A stretch of 64,000 nucleotides of DNA from Candidatus Bathyarchaeota archaeon (GTDB lineage Archaea > Thermoproteota > Bathyarchaeia > Bathyarchaeales > Bathycorpusculaceae): assembly GCA_963733095.1 (NCBI GenBank), contig CAVTBV010000013.1:320001-384000 (forward strand), in the 5' to 3' direction. The notes beneath the pieces are model-generated. The model worked only from the letters and a program-made list of their open reading frames with translations, was not told where the DNA came from and ran no database searches. The position numbers were made by a program, and so were the translations under genes. This document shows, one piece after another, positions 48,796 to 58,829 of this stretch (within the stretch, counting starts at the first letter, position 1; each line of letters opens with the position of its first letter).

Positions 48796-51435
48796 ATGCA
48801 AAAAATAAAAACAAAAACTATAACCACCATAATAGCCCTGATTCTACTATCTTCGATGGCTGTTTCCGTATTTGCAATATCAACAACGGATGCACAAGGA
48901 GCACTTAAAACCTATGCCTTCGTTGGTGCTACACCCGATCCTATCGGCGTTGGCCAACAAACCGTTATCCGCTTGGGCATTACTGATCAATTAGCAGCAC
49001 CCAAATATGGCTGGGAAGGTCTCACGGTCACCGTTACACACCCAGACGGCACCACAGAAACACTTGGTCCATTCAGAACCGATGCAACAGGAGGATCATT
49101 TACCGTTTATACACCTGCAGTTGCTGGCAACTACACTCTACAATCATTCTTCCCACAACAAACAAACCCAGCCGCAATCAACTCCAACGGTCTAGTAATT
49201 CCAACCGGAACAACAATGCTTGCCAGTTCAAGTGAAATAGTGACCTTAACCGTCCAAACAGAGCAAGTACCTAGCTACCAAAGCCAACCGCTCCCCACAG
49301 AATACTGGGTGCGCCCTATCAATGACCAATTCCAAAGTTGGCAAAGTATTGGAGGCAATTGGCTTCCAGCATCCAACAATGCAGGCACCTACAACCGTGT
49401 TGCATGGGGCAACGACTATGCTCCACAGGCTCCACACATTCTCTGGAGTAGACCAATAACTGGAGGCGGTCTCATTGGAGGCGCAGAGAGCGCAATCATT
49501 GGAGACATAACCAACGACCGAGTATCAATCGGAGACGCCTACCAAGGCAAATTCCTAGGTAGCGTCATAATGCTAGGAAATCTCTACTACGACGAATATC
49601 CGAGCACATCAAAGATACATCAAATCGATGCTGTAAACCTACACACAGGTCAGACTTTATGGTCAAAAACATTGCTCAATAACCTCACCCTAACGCGCGG
49701 ACAGTTAATGCAATGGAACTCAATTAACCTCTTAGGCACCTACCCATATCTGTGGGCAACAGCAAACAGCGCTACATTGCCTCTCTTAGGATTGCCATCA
49801 ACAGCAGGAACAACCTGGTGCGCATTTGATCCATACACTGGCAGCTTCACATACGCAATTTACGGTGTTCCATCAGGAAACACTGTATTCGGCGAGAACG
49901 GCGAAATCCTCATCTACACAACAAACCTGGCAAAAGGCTACATGACCATGTGGAACTCAACTAACATACCAGCTCTATACAATAGCCAAGAAATTGGCTC
50001 CACCGATATAGAACAATGGATCGCAGAAGGAAAAATCGTTAACGGAACAGGTCTCGCCGGAACAACCCTCAACGGACAACCTGCAAGCTACTACCTAACG
50101 CCAACTGGATATGCTGGCTACATGTGGAATGCGACTATACCTACTAACTTGCCTGGCGCAGTCTATGGAGTCCAAGATGATCGAATAATCGGCGGCTCAG
50201 CATCGTCTTCCGGAGTCAATTTGTGGGCAATAAGCATAGCACCAAACAGCGCAGGACAATTGCTATTCAGCAAAAGTTGGGCACCACCAGCAGACTGGAC
50301 CCAGGGCAACGTAACTATAGCGTGGCAAGCAATGAGCGACATCTCTAAAAACGGCATAATTGTTTTCGGTGAAAAAGAAACAAGACAAGACTATGCTTTC
50401 AGCACCGAAACAGGAGACTATATGTGGGTAAGCCAATCACACGACTATTTAGACTTCTACACTATGGGACTCGCCGGAACATCTGCCCGTGCAGTAAACC
50501 AAATCTATGACGGCAAATACTATACCGCCGGCTACTCAGGAATCCTATACTGCTACGATACATTGACAGGCGAACTTCTATGGAGTTACACCGCAACAAA
50601 CCCATTTGCTGCAGGCTCAGCGTTCTCACAATGGCCACTATATCCAATGTTCATTGCTAACGGAATGATCTATGTAATTCACACCGAACACTCAGGATAC
50701 GAGCAATCTCTCCCACCTGATGCGCCAATGATTGCCCTCAACGCAACAACAGGCGAACTCATCTGGAGAGCCGATGGACTATTACGCGGAACACACTGGG
50801 GTGGATACCCAATAATTGGCGACAGCATAATTGCAGCCATGAACACCTATGATCAACAAATTTATGCAATCGGCAAAGGACCAAGCTCCGTTACCGTAGA
50901 TGCTCCAATGTCAGGAGTTACAGTTGGAAACAGCATAGTCATAAGAGGCACAGTATCTGATGTCTCTCCAGGCACAGAGCAAACAGCTGTTCAATTGCGA
51001 TTCCCTAATGGAGTTCCAGCAGTTTCAGACATGAACATGACCAGTTGGATGCAATACGTCTATGAGCAATTCTCAAAGCCAACAAATATCCAAGGTGTCA
51101 ACGTTGAAATCAGCGTTATTGACTCTAATGGCAACTGTAGAACAATCGGCAGCACAACGAGTGATGAAAGCGGCACATACAGCTTAGGATGGGCACCTGA
51201 CATTGCAGGCAAATACACAGTTATCGCTACCTTCATAGGCACAAACTCGTACTATGGCTCTTCTGCGCAAACAGCTTTCATCGCTGACGAAGCACCAATA
51301 GCCACCCCGACAGCTACAACGCAACCCGCATCGGTGGTAGACACATACTTCATGCCGTCGATCGCAGCAATAATAGTGGTAATAGTAGTAGTCGGAGCAG
51401 TTCTAGCAATACTCATGCTTAGAAAACGACCCTAA
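48796..51435 (+). CDS. Membrane-anchored PQQ-like beta-propeller surface protein 3
   Basis: Paralog with PLPTEYW.RPI, TEHS, RFPNGVPAVSD, TM plus LRKRP. Confidence 0.9.
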   Translation: MQKIKTKTITTIIALILLSSMAVSVFAISTTDAQGALKTYAFVGATPDPIGVGQQTVIRLGITDQLAAPKYGWEGLTVTVTHPDGTTETLGPFRTDATGGSFTVYTPAVAGNYTLQSFFPQQTNPAAINSNGLVIPTGTTMLASSSEIVTLTVQTEQVPSYQSQPLPTEYWVRPINDQFQSWQSIGGNWLPASNNAGTYNRVAWGNDYAPQAPHILWSRPITGGGLIGGAESAIIGDITNDRVSIGDAYQGKFLGSVIMLGNLYYDEYPSTSKIHQIDAVNLHTGQTLWSKTLLNNLTLTRGQLMQWNSINLLGTYPYLWATANSATLPLLGLPSTAGTTWCAFDPYTGSFTYAIYGVPSGNTVFGENGEILIYTTNLAKGYMTMWNSTNIPALYNSQEIGSTDIEQWIAEGKIVNGTGLAGTTLNGQPASYYLTPTGYAGYMWNATIPTNLPGAVYGVQDDRIIGGSASSSGVNLWAISIAPNSAGQLLFSKSWAPPADWTQGNVTIAWQAMSDISKNGIIVFGEKETRQDYAFSTETGDYMWVSQSHDYLDFYTMGLAGTSARAVNQIYDGKYYTAGYSGILYCYDTLTGELLWSYTATNPFAAGSAFSQWPLYPMFIANGMIYVIHTEHSGYEQSLPPDAPMIALNATTGELIWRADGLLRGTHWGGYPIIGDSIIAAMNTYDQQIYAIGKGPSSVTVDAPMSGVTVGNSIVIRGTVSDVSPGTEQTAVQLRFPNGVPAVSDMNMTSWMQYVYEQFSKPTNIQGVNVEISVIDSNGNCRTIGSTTSDESGTYSLGWAPDIAGKYTVIATFIGTNSYYGSSAQTAFIADEAPIATPTATTQPASVVDTYFMPSIAAIIVVIVVVGAVLAILMLRKRP

Positions 51436-51474
51436 AATTACCAAACAAAAACTATCTTTCCCTTTTTTTAGCTG

Positions 51475-51962
51475 AAAAAAAGAAATCGGCCGCTCGTTGA
51501 ACTCCAAATCCATCGGTGCGGCGCTAACCTTTGGAAAATATTTCGGAACTATCACTATCTAAACGGTTTCAGGGTGCAGGAGTCAGATGTTATACAGAAG
51601 TCTATCAGAGCAAACCTGTTGCATTCATAGCTGTCGCGTGTGTGAGAATGAAAGCAAAATACTATCGCGTCAGTCGATTAGTCGTTCTCCCGGATTACCA
51701 AGGAATCGGCGTGGGCAAACAGCTTCTCAACTTTATCGCCGAACTCTATTCTACCCAGACAAAATTGCCCTTCTATATCTTAACAAGTAATCCACAGATC
51801 ATCAAGGGAAATCTCAAGAATTGGGAAATATCTCGTTTTGGCCATGCCAGCAGGGGTAGAGAGAACACAAGAATAAACTCTGAAATCAAAAGCAGCCTTA
51901 GCCGAAAAATGATAACTGTCTCTATGCAGTTTGTTTGGGCAAAAAGAGGTTTACCCCCTTAA
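51475..51962 (+). pseudogene. Frameshifted, 5'-truncated GNAT acetyltransferase (HYL-motif type)
   Basis: KKRNRPLVELQIHRCGANLWKIFRNYHYLNG in one frame continues as GAGVRCY..RVSRLVVLPDYQGIGVG in another. Confidence 0.7.
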
Positions 51963-52148
51963 GAAAGTCTTGCAATCCAAAGTGTTCAATACTCCATAAC
52001 ATTTATACACTTAAGCGCATATGCTTATAAGAGCGTATGTACATATATGTTTATATTAATAAGCGAACTCAAGCGAATGAAAAATGGTAAAAAAACCTGT
52101 AATTGTAAATAACTCGCTTATTTCAAAAATAGTGACAAGTGACTAAAA

Positions 52149-52292
52149 ATGGGCCGAATTAATGTTGACATCCAAGATGAATTAGAAAAACAGCTAAGAC
52201 TAAAAACTGTGGAGAAATTCGGCGGCAAAAAAGGCGACTTATCCAAAGCAGTCCAAGAAGCAGTAAAAACATGGATTAACATCAAACAATAA
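52149..52292 (+). CDS. 47-aa ribbon-helix-helix protein (not in ORF track)
   Basis: MGRINVDIQDELEKQLRLKTVEKFGGKKGDLSKAVQEAVKTWINIKQ*. Confidence 0.8.
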   Translation: MGRINVDIQDELEKQLRLKTVEKFGGKKGDLSKAVQEAVKTWINIKQ

Positions 52293-52519
52293 AGTCGCCT
52301 CCTCAAAATACTGATAACTACATTATAAGAAGCCTATGGAAAGGCCTGGGCAAGCCAGTTAGCCTGGAACATCCTCGTATGAGGGTTATGGGCAATCTAT
52401 CTGGAAAGTTCCCTTTGCAGAATAGTTCAAAGCAAAGCTACAACATTATTGTTCGCCAGCTCAAAAGAAAATTCGAGAATGTTTTCGCAGATTAATATTA
52501 ATTGAATGGAGTCAGAAAA

Positions 52520-53503
52520 ATGAGTATAACCCAAATGAGTATAACTAAAGAAGTTCCAATAATTAATTCGCGCTCAGTTGATAAGTGCCCTGAATGTATA
52601 AGCAAAAATCTAGTTCACGACAACGACTCCGGCGAAACTATCTGTGGTGACTGCGGCTTAGTTGTCTATGAACAAATGATGGATAAAGGTCCTGAGTGGC
52701 GCGCTTTTACTTCAGAAGAAAAAGCGTCAAGAAGCCGCGTCGGCATGCCCACGTCATATTCGATTCATGATAAAGGATTATCCACAGTAATAAGTCAAGT
52801 TGACAGGGACGCATTTGGAAGAAAATTGCCAATGTCCACTAGATTGCAGATGTGGCGTCTTAGGAAATGGCAAATACGAAGCCGGGTACATTCATCAACC
52901 GACCGAAATCTCGCACAAGCAATGTCTGAACTTGAACGTTTATCAAGCAAAATAAATATTTCAGCACCAATCAAAGAAAAAGCCGCCGTCGCTTACAGAA
53001 AAGCACTCGAAAAAGGCTTAGTCCGAGGAAGATCAATCAACGCAATCGCCGCAGCAGCACTATATGCCGCATGCCGCAAAAGCGGATCACCCAAAACCCT
53101 TAGCGAAATCTCGAAAGCAAGTATAGTGAACAAGAAAGAGGTAGCCAGATGCTATCGATTGCTGCTGCAAAAACTCGATTTTCACATGCCAATTTCCGAC
53201 CCTCTGACATTCGTTTCAAAAATTGCAGAAAAAACAGGAATCTCGGGTAAAACACAAGGCGCAGCTATAGCAATACTCAGAGAGGCTAGACAAAAACGGT
53301 TTTCAGCAGGAAAAGACCCAATAGGGTTAGCTGCAGCCGCACTCTATATCGCATGCCTACAGAACGCTGAAAAAAACACACAAAAAGACATCGCAGAAGC
53401 ATCCGGAGTCACCGAAGTTACAGTCAGAAACAGATACAAGGTCCTAATAAAGCAGCTTCACATAGAAATACCCGACCGAAAAATTTGTTTGTCGCCCCTT
53501 TGA
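52520..53503 (+). CDS. tfb: Transcription initiation factor IIB paralog
   Basis: CPEC..CGDCG Zn ribbon, GPEWRAF, two cyclin repeats, GVTEVTVRNRYK. Confidence 0.95.
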   Translation: MSITQMSITKEVPIINSRSVDKCPECISKNLVHDNDSGETICGDCGLVVYEQMMDKGPEWRAFTSEEKASRSRVGMPTSYSIHDKGLSTVISQVDRDAFGRKLPMSTRLQMWRLRKWQIRSRVHSSTDRNLAQAMSELERLSSKINISAPIKEKAAVAYRKALEKGLVRGRSINAIAAAALYAACRKSGSPKTLSEISKASIVNKKEVARCYRLLLQKLDFHMPISDPLTFVSKIAEKTGISGKTQGAAIAILREARQKRFSAGKDPIGLAAAALYIACLQNAEKNTQKDIAEASGVTEVTVRNRYKVLIKQLHIEIPDRKICLSPL

Positions 53504-53749
53504 GGCCGCTTTTTTGAATTAACCTTTTCTATAATACTTAGTGATTATTTTTTAGAAAATTAAACCTTTGACATGGCTTTCAACAATGACTTCAACTAGA
53601 ACAAAGTATTGCTGAAATATGCAATATTGTGCCTGTCCAATCACAACAACATCACTTTTTAAGTAAAGCTATTCAAAGTTAACTTGCCTACTGCGTAAGC
53701 TAATAAAAAGTAAGCTAACTCAAGAATTTTTAATCGGAGGTGAAAAATA

Positions 53750-54823
53750 ATGGAAGATATTGTAGAAATTGCAGTTGCGGCTGGAGGTTTTAAAACATTT
53801 ATCAAGGCAGTTCAAGCCGCAGGATTAGCCGAAACCCTAAAAGGTCCAGGGCCATTCACAATCTTTGCACCAGATGACCGCGCTTTTTCATTGCTTCCCC
53901 CAGGTTCAACAGATGAGCTAATGAAGAATATTCCAAAGCTCAAGGCGGTTCTGATGTACCATGTTGTTGCGGGCAAGTTTACAATTGACGAAATAGGACA
54001 AATGAAATCTGCCAAAACTATACAAGGGCAAGAAATTCAGATTGATGGAAGCAAATGGCATTTTCATATGAACCCAGTAATCAACAACGATGCACACATC
54101 GTTAACACTGACGTTGTTACAGACAACGGAATCGTTCAAGTTGTGGACAGAGTGCTTATGCCAAATATGGCGCTGACTTGTCCTGTTTGCGGAATGGGGT
54201 TCATGACCACGCAAGCATTGGATGAACACACCAAGATGGCTCACGTAGTTGAGAAACCAAAAGAAGCATCGATGCCTGCTGAAGTTATGCCAGTAGTTGA
54301 AAAAGTCGCAGAGCCGATGCCAAGCACTGAGGTCATGCCATTAGTTGAAGAGAAGCCTGAAGAATTGCCATCCACCGAAGCGATAACCGAGTCGATGCCG
54401 ACTATTGCAAAAGTGACAGGGATTTTTGAGGTTTTTTACGATGCTGCTTGTCGATTCCGTTTCCACTTGAAAGCAGGTAACGGACAGATAATCGCTGCAA
54501 GCCAGTCTTATGGAGCAAAAGAGTCTGCACTAAAGGGAATTGCTTCAATAAAAAAGATCGCACCCATAGCCAAGGTCGCTGATTTAGCAACGGCACAGAA
54601 CACCGAGGAGTCTGCACACCAAGGAGTAGTCCAAGACCCTGTTTTTGAAATTCACTGCGATGCTGCTGGAAAATTCCGTTTCCACCTAAAGGCTGGCAAT
54701 GGACAGATAATCGCTTTAAGCCAATCCTACCTATCAAGACAATCTGCTGAAAACGGCATAGAATCCATAAAGAAGAATGCTCCAACAGCCAAGATCATCG
54801 ATCAAACCACTGCAATGACATAA
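53750..54823 (+). CDS. Fasciclin (FAS1) - C2H2 Zn finger - acidic linker - tandem YegP/DUF1508 fusion protein
   Basis: GPFTIFAPDDRAF..LMYHVV..NGIVQVVDRVL; CPVCG..F....ALDEH....H; two FRFHLKAGNGQIIA.SQSY repeats. Confidence 0.85.
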   Translation: MEDIVEIAVAAGGFKTFIKAVQAAGLAETLKGPGPFTIFAPDDRAFSLLPPGSTDELMKNIPKLKAVLMYHVVAGKFTIDEIGQMKSAKTIQGQEIQIDGSKWHFHMNPVINNDAHIVNTDVVTDNGIVQVVDRVLMPNMALTCPVCGMGFMTTQALDEHTKMAHVVEKPKEASMPAEVMPVVEKVAEPMPSTEVMPLVEEKPEELPSTEAITESMPTIAKVTGIFEVFYDAACRFRFHLKAGNGQIIAASQSYGAKESALKGIASIKKIAPIAKVADLATAQNTEESAHQGVVQDPVFEIHCDAAGKFRFHLKAGNGQIIALSQSYLSRQSAENGIESIKKNAPTAKIIDQTTAMT

Positions 54824-54978
54824 AATCCTTAATTTTCCCTTATTTTTTTTAGTCATCACCCGAGAGGAGACTAATCATTCTAATTTTATGTTTCCCAAAC
54901 AAAAATGCGTCTGATTTATTAAAGCTAAGCTGAATTTTATGCTTTTAATCAAGCGGTAACTAAGATAGAGGGGGAAAC

Positions 54979-55161
54979 ATGGATAAAAAACATATAACCG
55001 TCGCCGAAGCAGGAAGACTCGGCGGAAGAAAAACCGCGTCAACCCATGGGCGCGAGTTCTACGAAGAAATTGGTCGCAAAGGTGGCGAAAAAGTTTCCGA
55101 AGAATATGGTCTGAGTTCTACAGAGAAATCGGCAGTAAAGGTGGCAAAGTGTGAGTGTTAA
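54979..55161 (+). pseudogene. KGG-repeat general stress protein (GsiB-like), frameshifted in second repeat
   Basis: EAGRLGG..EFYEEIGRKGG; second repeat EFYREIGSKGGKV is present out of frame after 55110. Confidence 0.7.
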
Positions 55162-55278
55162 GCAGCATGAAGGTTCTAAAGAAGCCCGAGGCAAAGTTAG
55201 CTTAGAAGATGTTAAAGGAAATCTGAGAGGAAAAAAATTAAGTATAAAAAAGAAAAAAGTATGAATTGTAGCCTGGGG

Positions 55279-57189
55279 CTACTTTACTTTGTAGTCTTCT
55301 GAGTCGACTACGTGTTCGCCTTCAGGGCCAGCTTGTGTTTCACCGGTCGGTGGCATCTCTGGTCCTGCACCAGGCTGTGGACCTTCTTGCGGACCACCCG
55401 GCTGCTGTTTTGCTGCTTCGGCTGCTGCCTGCTGGTACACTTTAGTTCCGACTTCTTGAAGAACCTTCTGAAGAGCGTCAGATTTAGCTTTGACTTGGGT
55501 CATGTCGTTGCTGGCTAAGGCGTTTTTGAGGTCAGTTACAGCCGCGTCTAGTTTGGCGACTTCTTCAGCGCTGATTTTGCCCGCCAAGTCTGACTTGGTT
55601 CTTTCTGCTGTGTATACTAGGCTGTCGGCGTTGTTGCGGGTTTCGGCTTCTTCTTTCTTCTTGCGGTCTTGCTCGGCATATTGTTCTGCGTCTTTGATTA
55701 GGCGTTCTTTTTCTTCTGGACTGAGTTTGGTTGAGGCTGTTATACGGATTTTGTTTTCTTTGCCTGTTGCGCGGTCTTTAGCTGTTACGTTTAGGATGCC
55801 GTTTGCGTCTATGTCGAAGGTTACTTCGATCTGGGGAACTCCTCGTGGTGCTGGGGGCAAGTCGACGAGGTTGAATTCGCCCAGTGAGACGTTGTCGGAT
55901 GCCATAGCGCGTTCGCCCTGTAGCACGTGGATTGTGACTGCGGTTTGGAAGTCTGCCGCTGTAGTGAAGACTTGGCTGCGTTTAGTGGGGATGGTGGTGT
56001 TTTTCTCCATGACTTTAGTGAAGACTCCGCCCATAGTCTCCAAGCCAAGGGTAAGCGGGGTAACGTCTAAGAGCAGCAGGTCAGTGACTTCGCCCGAAAC
56101 AACTCCTCCTTGGATGGCTGCGCCGATGGCGACGCTTTCCATGGGATCAATTCCGCGTTCTGGTGCTTTACCCAGGATTTGCTCGACGAAGCGTTGTACA
56201 AGGGGCATTCGGGTCATCCCGCCGATGAGGATGATTTTGTCGATTCCCTGTGGGGTGAGTTTTGCGTCTTCGAGGGCTTTTAGGAGGGTCGGTCTTGTGC
56301 GTTCAACGATTGGTTGGGCTAAAGATTCAAGTTTTGTTCGGGTTAGAGTCATTTTGAGGTGTTTGGGTCCTGAAGCATCCGCTGTCAAGAATGGCAGGTC
56401 AATGTCGGTGCTCATAAGAGTGGATAGCTCGATTTTGGCTTTTTCCGCGGCTTCTTTTAGCCGAGACATCGCCATCCTGTCGCCTGACACGTCGACGCCT
56501 GTTTGACGCTTGAACTCGCCAAGGATGTAGTCCATGACTGCTTTGTCAACGTCTGTTCCGCCCAGCTGGGTGTCGCCGCTTGTGCTAAGCACTTGGAAGA
56601 CTCCTTTGCCGAAGTCCATGGCGGTTACGTCGTGGGTGCCTCCTCCGAAGCTGAACACGAGAATTTTCATTTCTTGCTGGAGCTTGTCGATGCCATAGGC
56701 GAGGCATGCAGCGGTAGGTTCGTTGATGATACGCATGACTTGGAACCCTGCGATTTCGCCCGCGTCTTTAGTTGCCTGTCGTTGGTTGTCGTTGAAGTGA
56801 GCTGGCACTGTGATGACAGCTTTGCTGATTGTGCCACCGAGGTAGGTTTCTGCGTCTTTCTTTATCTTCTGTAGGATGAACGCTGAGATCTGCTGGGGTG
56901 TGTATTCTTTGCCGTGGATGTTGACTTTGTAGTCGGTACCCATTTTGCGTTTTATTTCAAAGATGGTTCCTTCTGAGTTCGTAGTTGCTTGGCGTTTTGC
57001 CGATTCACCTACCAAGAGTTGACCGTCTTTTGTGAAGGCAACAACTGACGGAAACATTTTTCCCGCCATGGTGGGGCCTTCTGCGCTTGGAATAACCGTC
57101 GCGTGTCCGCCTTCATAGATGGCGGCTGCTGAATTAGTTGTTCCCAAATCGATACCTAACACTTTTTCGTTTGTTTTTGGATTACTCAT
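55279..57189 (-). CDS. dnaK: Chaperone DnaK (Hsp70)
   Basis: [54 protein letters not shown]. Confidence 0.97.
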   Translation of the reverse strand: MSNPKTNEKVLGIDLGTTNSAAAIYEGGHATVIPSAEGPTMAGKMFPSVVAFTKDGQLLVGESAKRQATTNSEGTIFEIKRKMGTDYKVNIHGKEYTPQQISAFILQKIKKDAETYLGGTISKAVITVPAHFNDNQRQATKDAGEIAGFQVMRIINEPTAACLAYGIDKLQQEMKILVFSFGGGTHDVTAMDFGKGVFQVLSTSGDTQLGGTDVDKAVMDYILGEFKRQTGVDVSGDRMAMSRLKEAAEKAKIELSTLMSTDIDLPFLTADASGPKHLKMTLTRTKLESLAQPIVERTRPTLLKALEDAKLTPQGIDKIILIGGMTRMPLVQRFVEQILGKAPERGIDPMESVAIGAAIQGGVVSGEVTDLLLLDVTPLTLGLETMGGVFTKVMEKNTTIPTKRSQVFTTAADFQTAVTIHVLQGERAMASDNVSLGEFNLVDLPPAPRGVPQIEVTFDIDANGILNVTAKDRATGKENKIRITASTKLSPEEKERLIKDAEQYAEQDRKKKEEAETRNNADSLVYTAERTKSDLAGKISAEEVAKLDAAVTDLKNALASNDMTQVKAKSDALQKVLQEVGTKVYQQAAAEAAKQQPGGPQEGPQPGAGPEMPPTGETQAGPEGEHVVDSEDYKVK

Positions 57190-57728
57190 TTATTTTTTTC
57201 CTCCGTTTGGTTACTTTGATTTTCTTTTTTTGTTGACTTTACAGCTACCTTAACGATTGTGGGCCGAATAACTTTGCCACGCATCAGGTAGCCTTTTCTT
57301 ATTTCTTCAAGCACCGTGCATGGTGCAACATCGTCTTTTTCCTCGGTAAAGACGGCGTGGTGGCGTGCTGGATCAAAAGCTTTGCCTTCAGGGCTCTCTA
57401 TTGGTGTTACGCCTTCTTGCTCAAGAACCTTTCTGAGCTTCTTTAGAGTCATTTCGACGCCTTCAATTAGGGATTCGGGTGAAGTAGAGATTTCTCCGTT
57501 CTTAACCGCCAACTCCAACTCATCGACTACATCCAACAGTTGGATGACTAAGCGTTCGGTGCCGTAGTTCTTGATTTGCTCTGATTCCCTTTCGTAGCGT
57601 TTCTTTAGGTTTTCGAAATCAGCCTGCAGATATTTTAGCCGTGTCAGGTAATCTTCGGAGCGCTTCTTTTCAGATTCCAAAAGCTCCTCAAAATTAACTG
57701 GCTGAGGCTCTTGTTGCTCATCAACCAT
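57186..57728 (-). CDS. grpE: Nucleotide exchange factor GrpE
   Basis: [29 protein letters not shown]; overlaps dnaK start. Confidence 0.95.
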   Translation of the reverse strand: MVDEQQEPQPVNFEELLESEKKRSEDYLTRLKYLQADFENLKKRYERESEQIKNYGTERLVIQLLDVVDELELAVKNGEISTSPESLIEGVEMTLKKLRKVLEQEGVTPIESPEGKAFDPARHHAVFTEEKDDVAPCTVLEEIRKGYLMRGKVIRPTIVKVAVKSTKKENQSNQTEEKNK

Positions 57729-57802
57729 TAGCTTATCCCTCTTTTGTTAAACCAGAGCAAACTAATAAAGGCGATAAAAAAATATTTCGTAGCAGGCACT
57801 TC

Positions 57803-58207
57803 CTACGTGATGTATTCTTGGTTTTTTGCATTTGTTGGGCTGGGTTTTTGAGGGGGGAGTGCGGGTGTGTCTTTTTGTCTGATTTGTTCGCCTGCGGTTT
57901 TGTTGTATTGTTCGATCAATTTTCTTATGACGATTTCAGCGAATTGGTCTCCGACTGATTCTTCTTTGAGTTCAGAGCTGAAGGCGTGTTTTTTGAAGAC
58001 TTCGAAGATTTCGTTTTTGGTCATGGTGATGTTTGGGTTGTTGCTGTTGCTTAGTGCGGTGGACATTACTTTGTGTCCGAGTTCTATGAAGATGTTGACC
58101 AGGGTGGTGTAGTCGATATCGAATGGTTCGTCTCCTGTTAGGAATAGGCCTTTGGTAAGTAGGATTTTTTTGTCGTTTTCGGGGGTTACTGTTAAGCTTC
58201 TGCGCAT
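57803..58207 (-). CDS. Hypothetical protein upstream of grpE, RHH-like N-terminus
   Basis: MRRSLTVTPENDKKI..DYTTLVNIFIELG; GGTGA SD before ATG 58207. Confidence 0.7.
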   Translation of the reverse strand: MRRSLTVTPENDKKILLTKGLFLTGDEPFDIDYTTLVNIFIELGHKVMSTALSNSNNPNITMTKNEIFEVFKKHAFSSELKEESVGDQFAEIVIRKLIEQYNKTAGEQIRQKDTPALPPQKPSPTNAKNQEYIT

Positions 58208-58381
58208 ATGTTCACCAGCGTAAACGTGCTTTTGCACGCTTCACCTTAAGCACACCTGTGCGTGCTCGCTTATATATTTTCTGGCAAAAAATTGACAGTA
58301 AAACATGTACAAAAGAGGAAGAAAAAGCGAGATATAAAGTTGGCTTCAAAGCAAACCGTCGCTTAAGTCCCCATTCTACCG

Positions 58382-58735
58382 CTACGATGTTTGATTAGAA
58401 GAGGGAATTGAGGTTGCATTTTCAATAATGGTCATTTTGTTGTTAAAATCTATGCGACCATCAAAAACATAACTTTGATTCTCCAAGATGTGCTGGTAAA
58501 GAGAGGGGTTGTTGAGTATGTAGAGGACTTGGTTGTCAGAGAGGCTAATAGTGTAGTTCGCGGGGTGGTTATCTGAAACGGGCGCCTTTGAAACCACAAG
58601 TCCCCTTGTTACTTCAGGGATATTTGCGTTGCTTATAGCATCTTGCAAAAAGTAGATGGTGCCACCTAAAACTGCCAGAGAAATCAGTATGGTTACAATA
58701 ACAACGATTTTGAATTCATCCATACTTAATTGCAT
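58382..58735 (-). CDS. Small membrane-anchored protein
   Basis: N-terminal TM plus beta-rich domain. Confidence 0.65.
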   Translation of the reverse strand: MQLSMDEFKIVVIVTILISLAVLGGTIYFLQDAISNANIPEVTRGLVVSKAPVSDNHPANYTISLSDNQVLYILNNPSLYQHILENQSYVFDGRIDFNNKMTIIENATSIPSSNQTS

Positions 58736-58829
58736 CAGTGTCTAAACGGTAAACTCTTGTTCAGTATATAAAAATTGGTGCTAAACCTGAATTTTTAAGA
58801 AAAATTAACCCAAGAAGGTCTTAAAAATG

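Noticed and set aside
52517-52544. Tandem duplication aaatgagtataac at the tfb start
   Set aside because: Two-copy micro-duplication giving alternative in-frame starts; no sign of function.
55490-56506. 338-aa ORF antisense to dnaK
   Set aside because: Long antisense frames opposite hsp70 genes are a known codon-pattern artefact; no motif.
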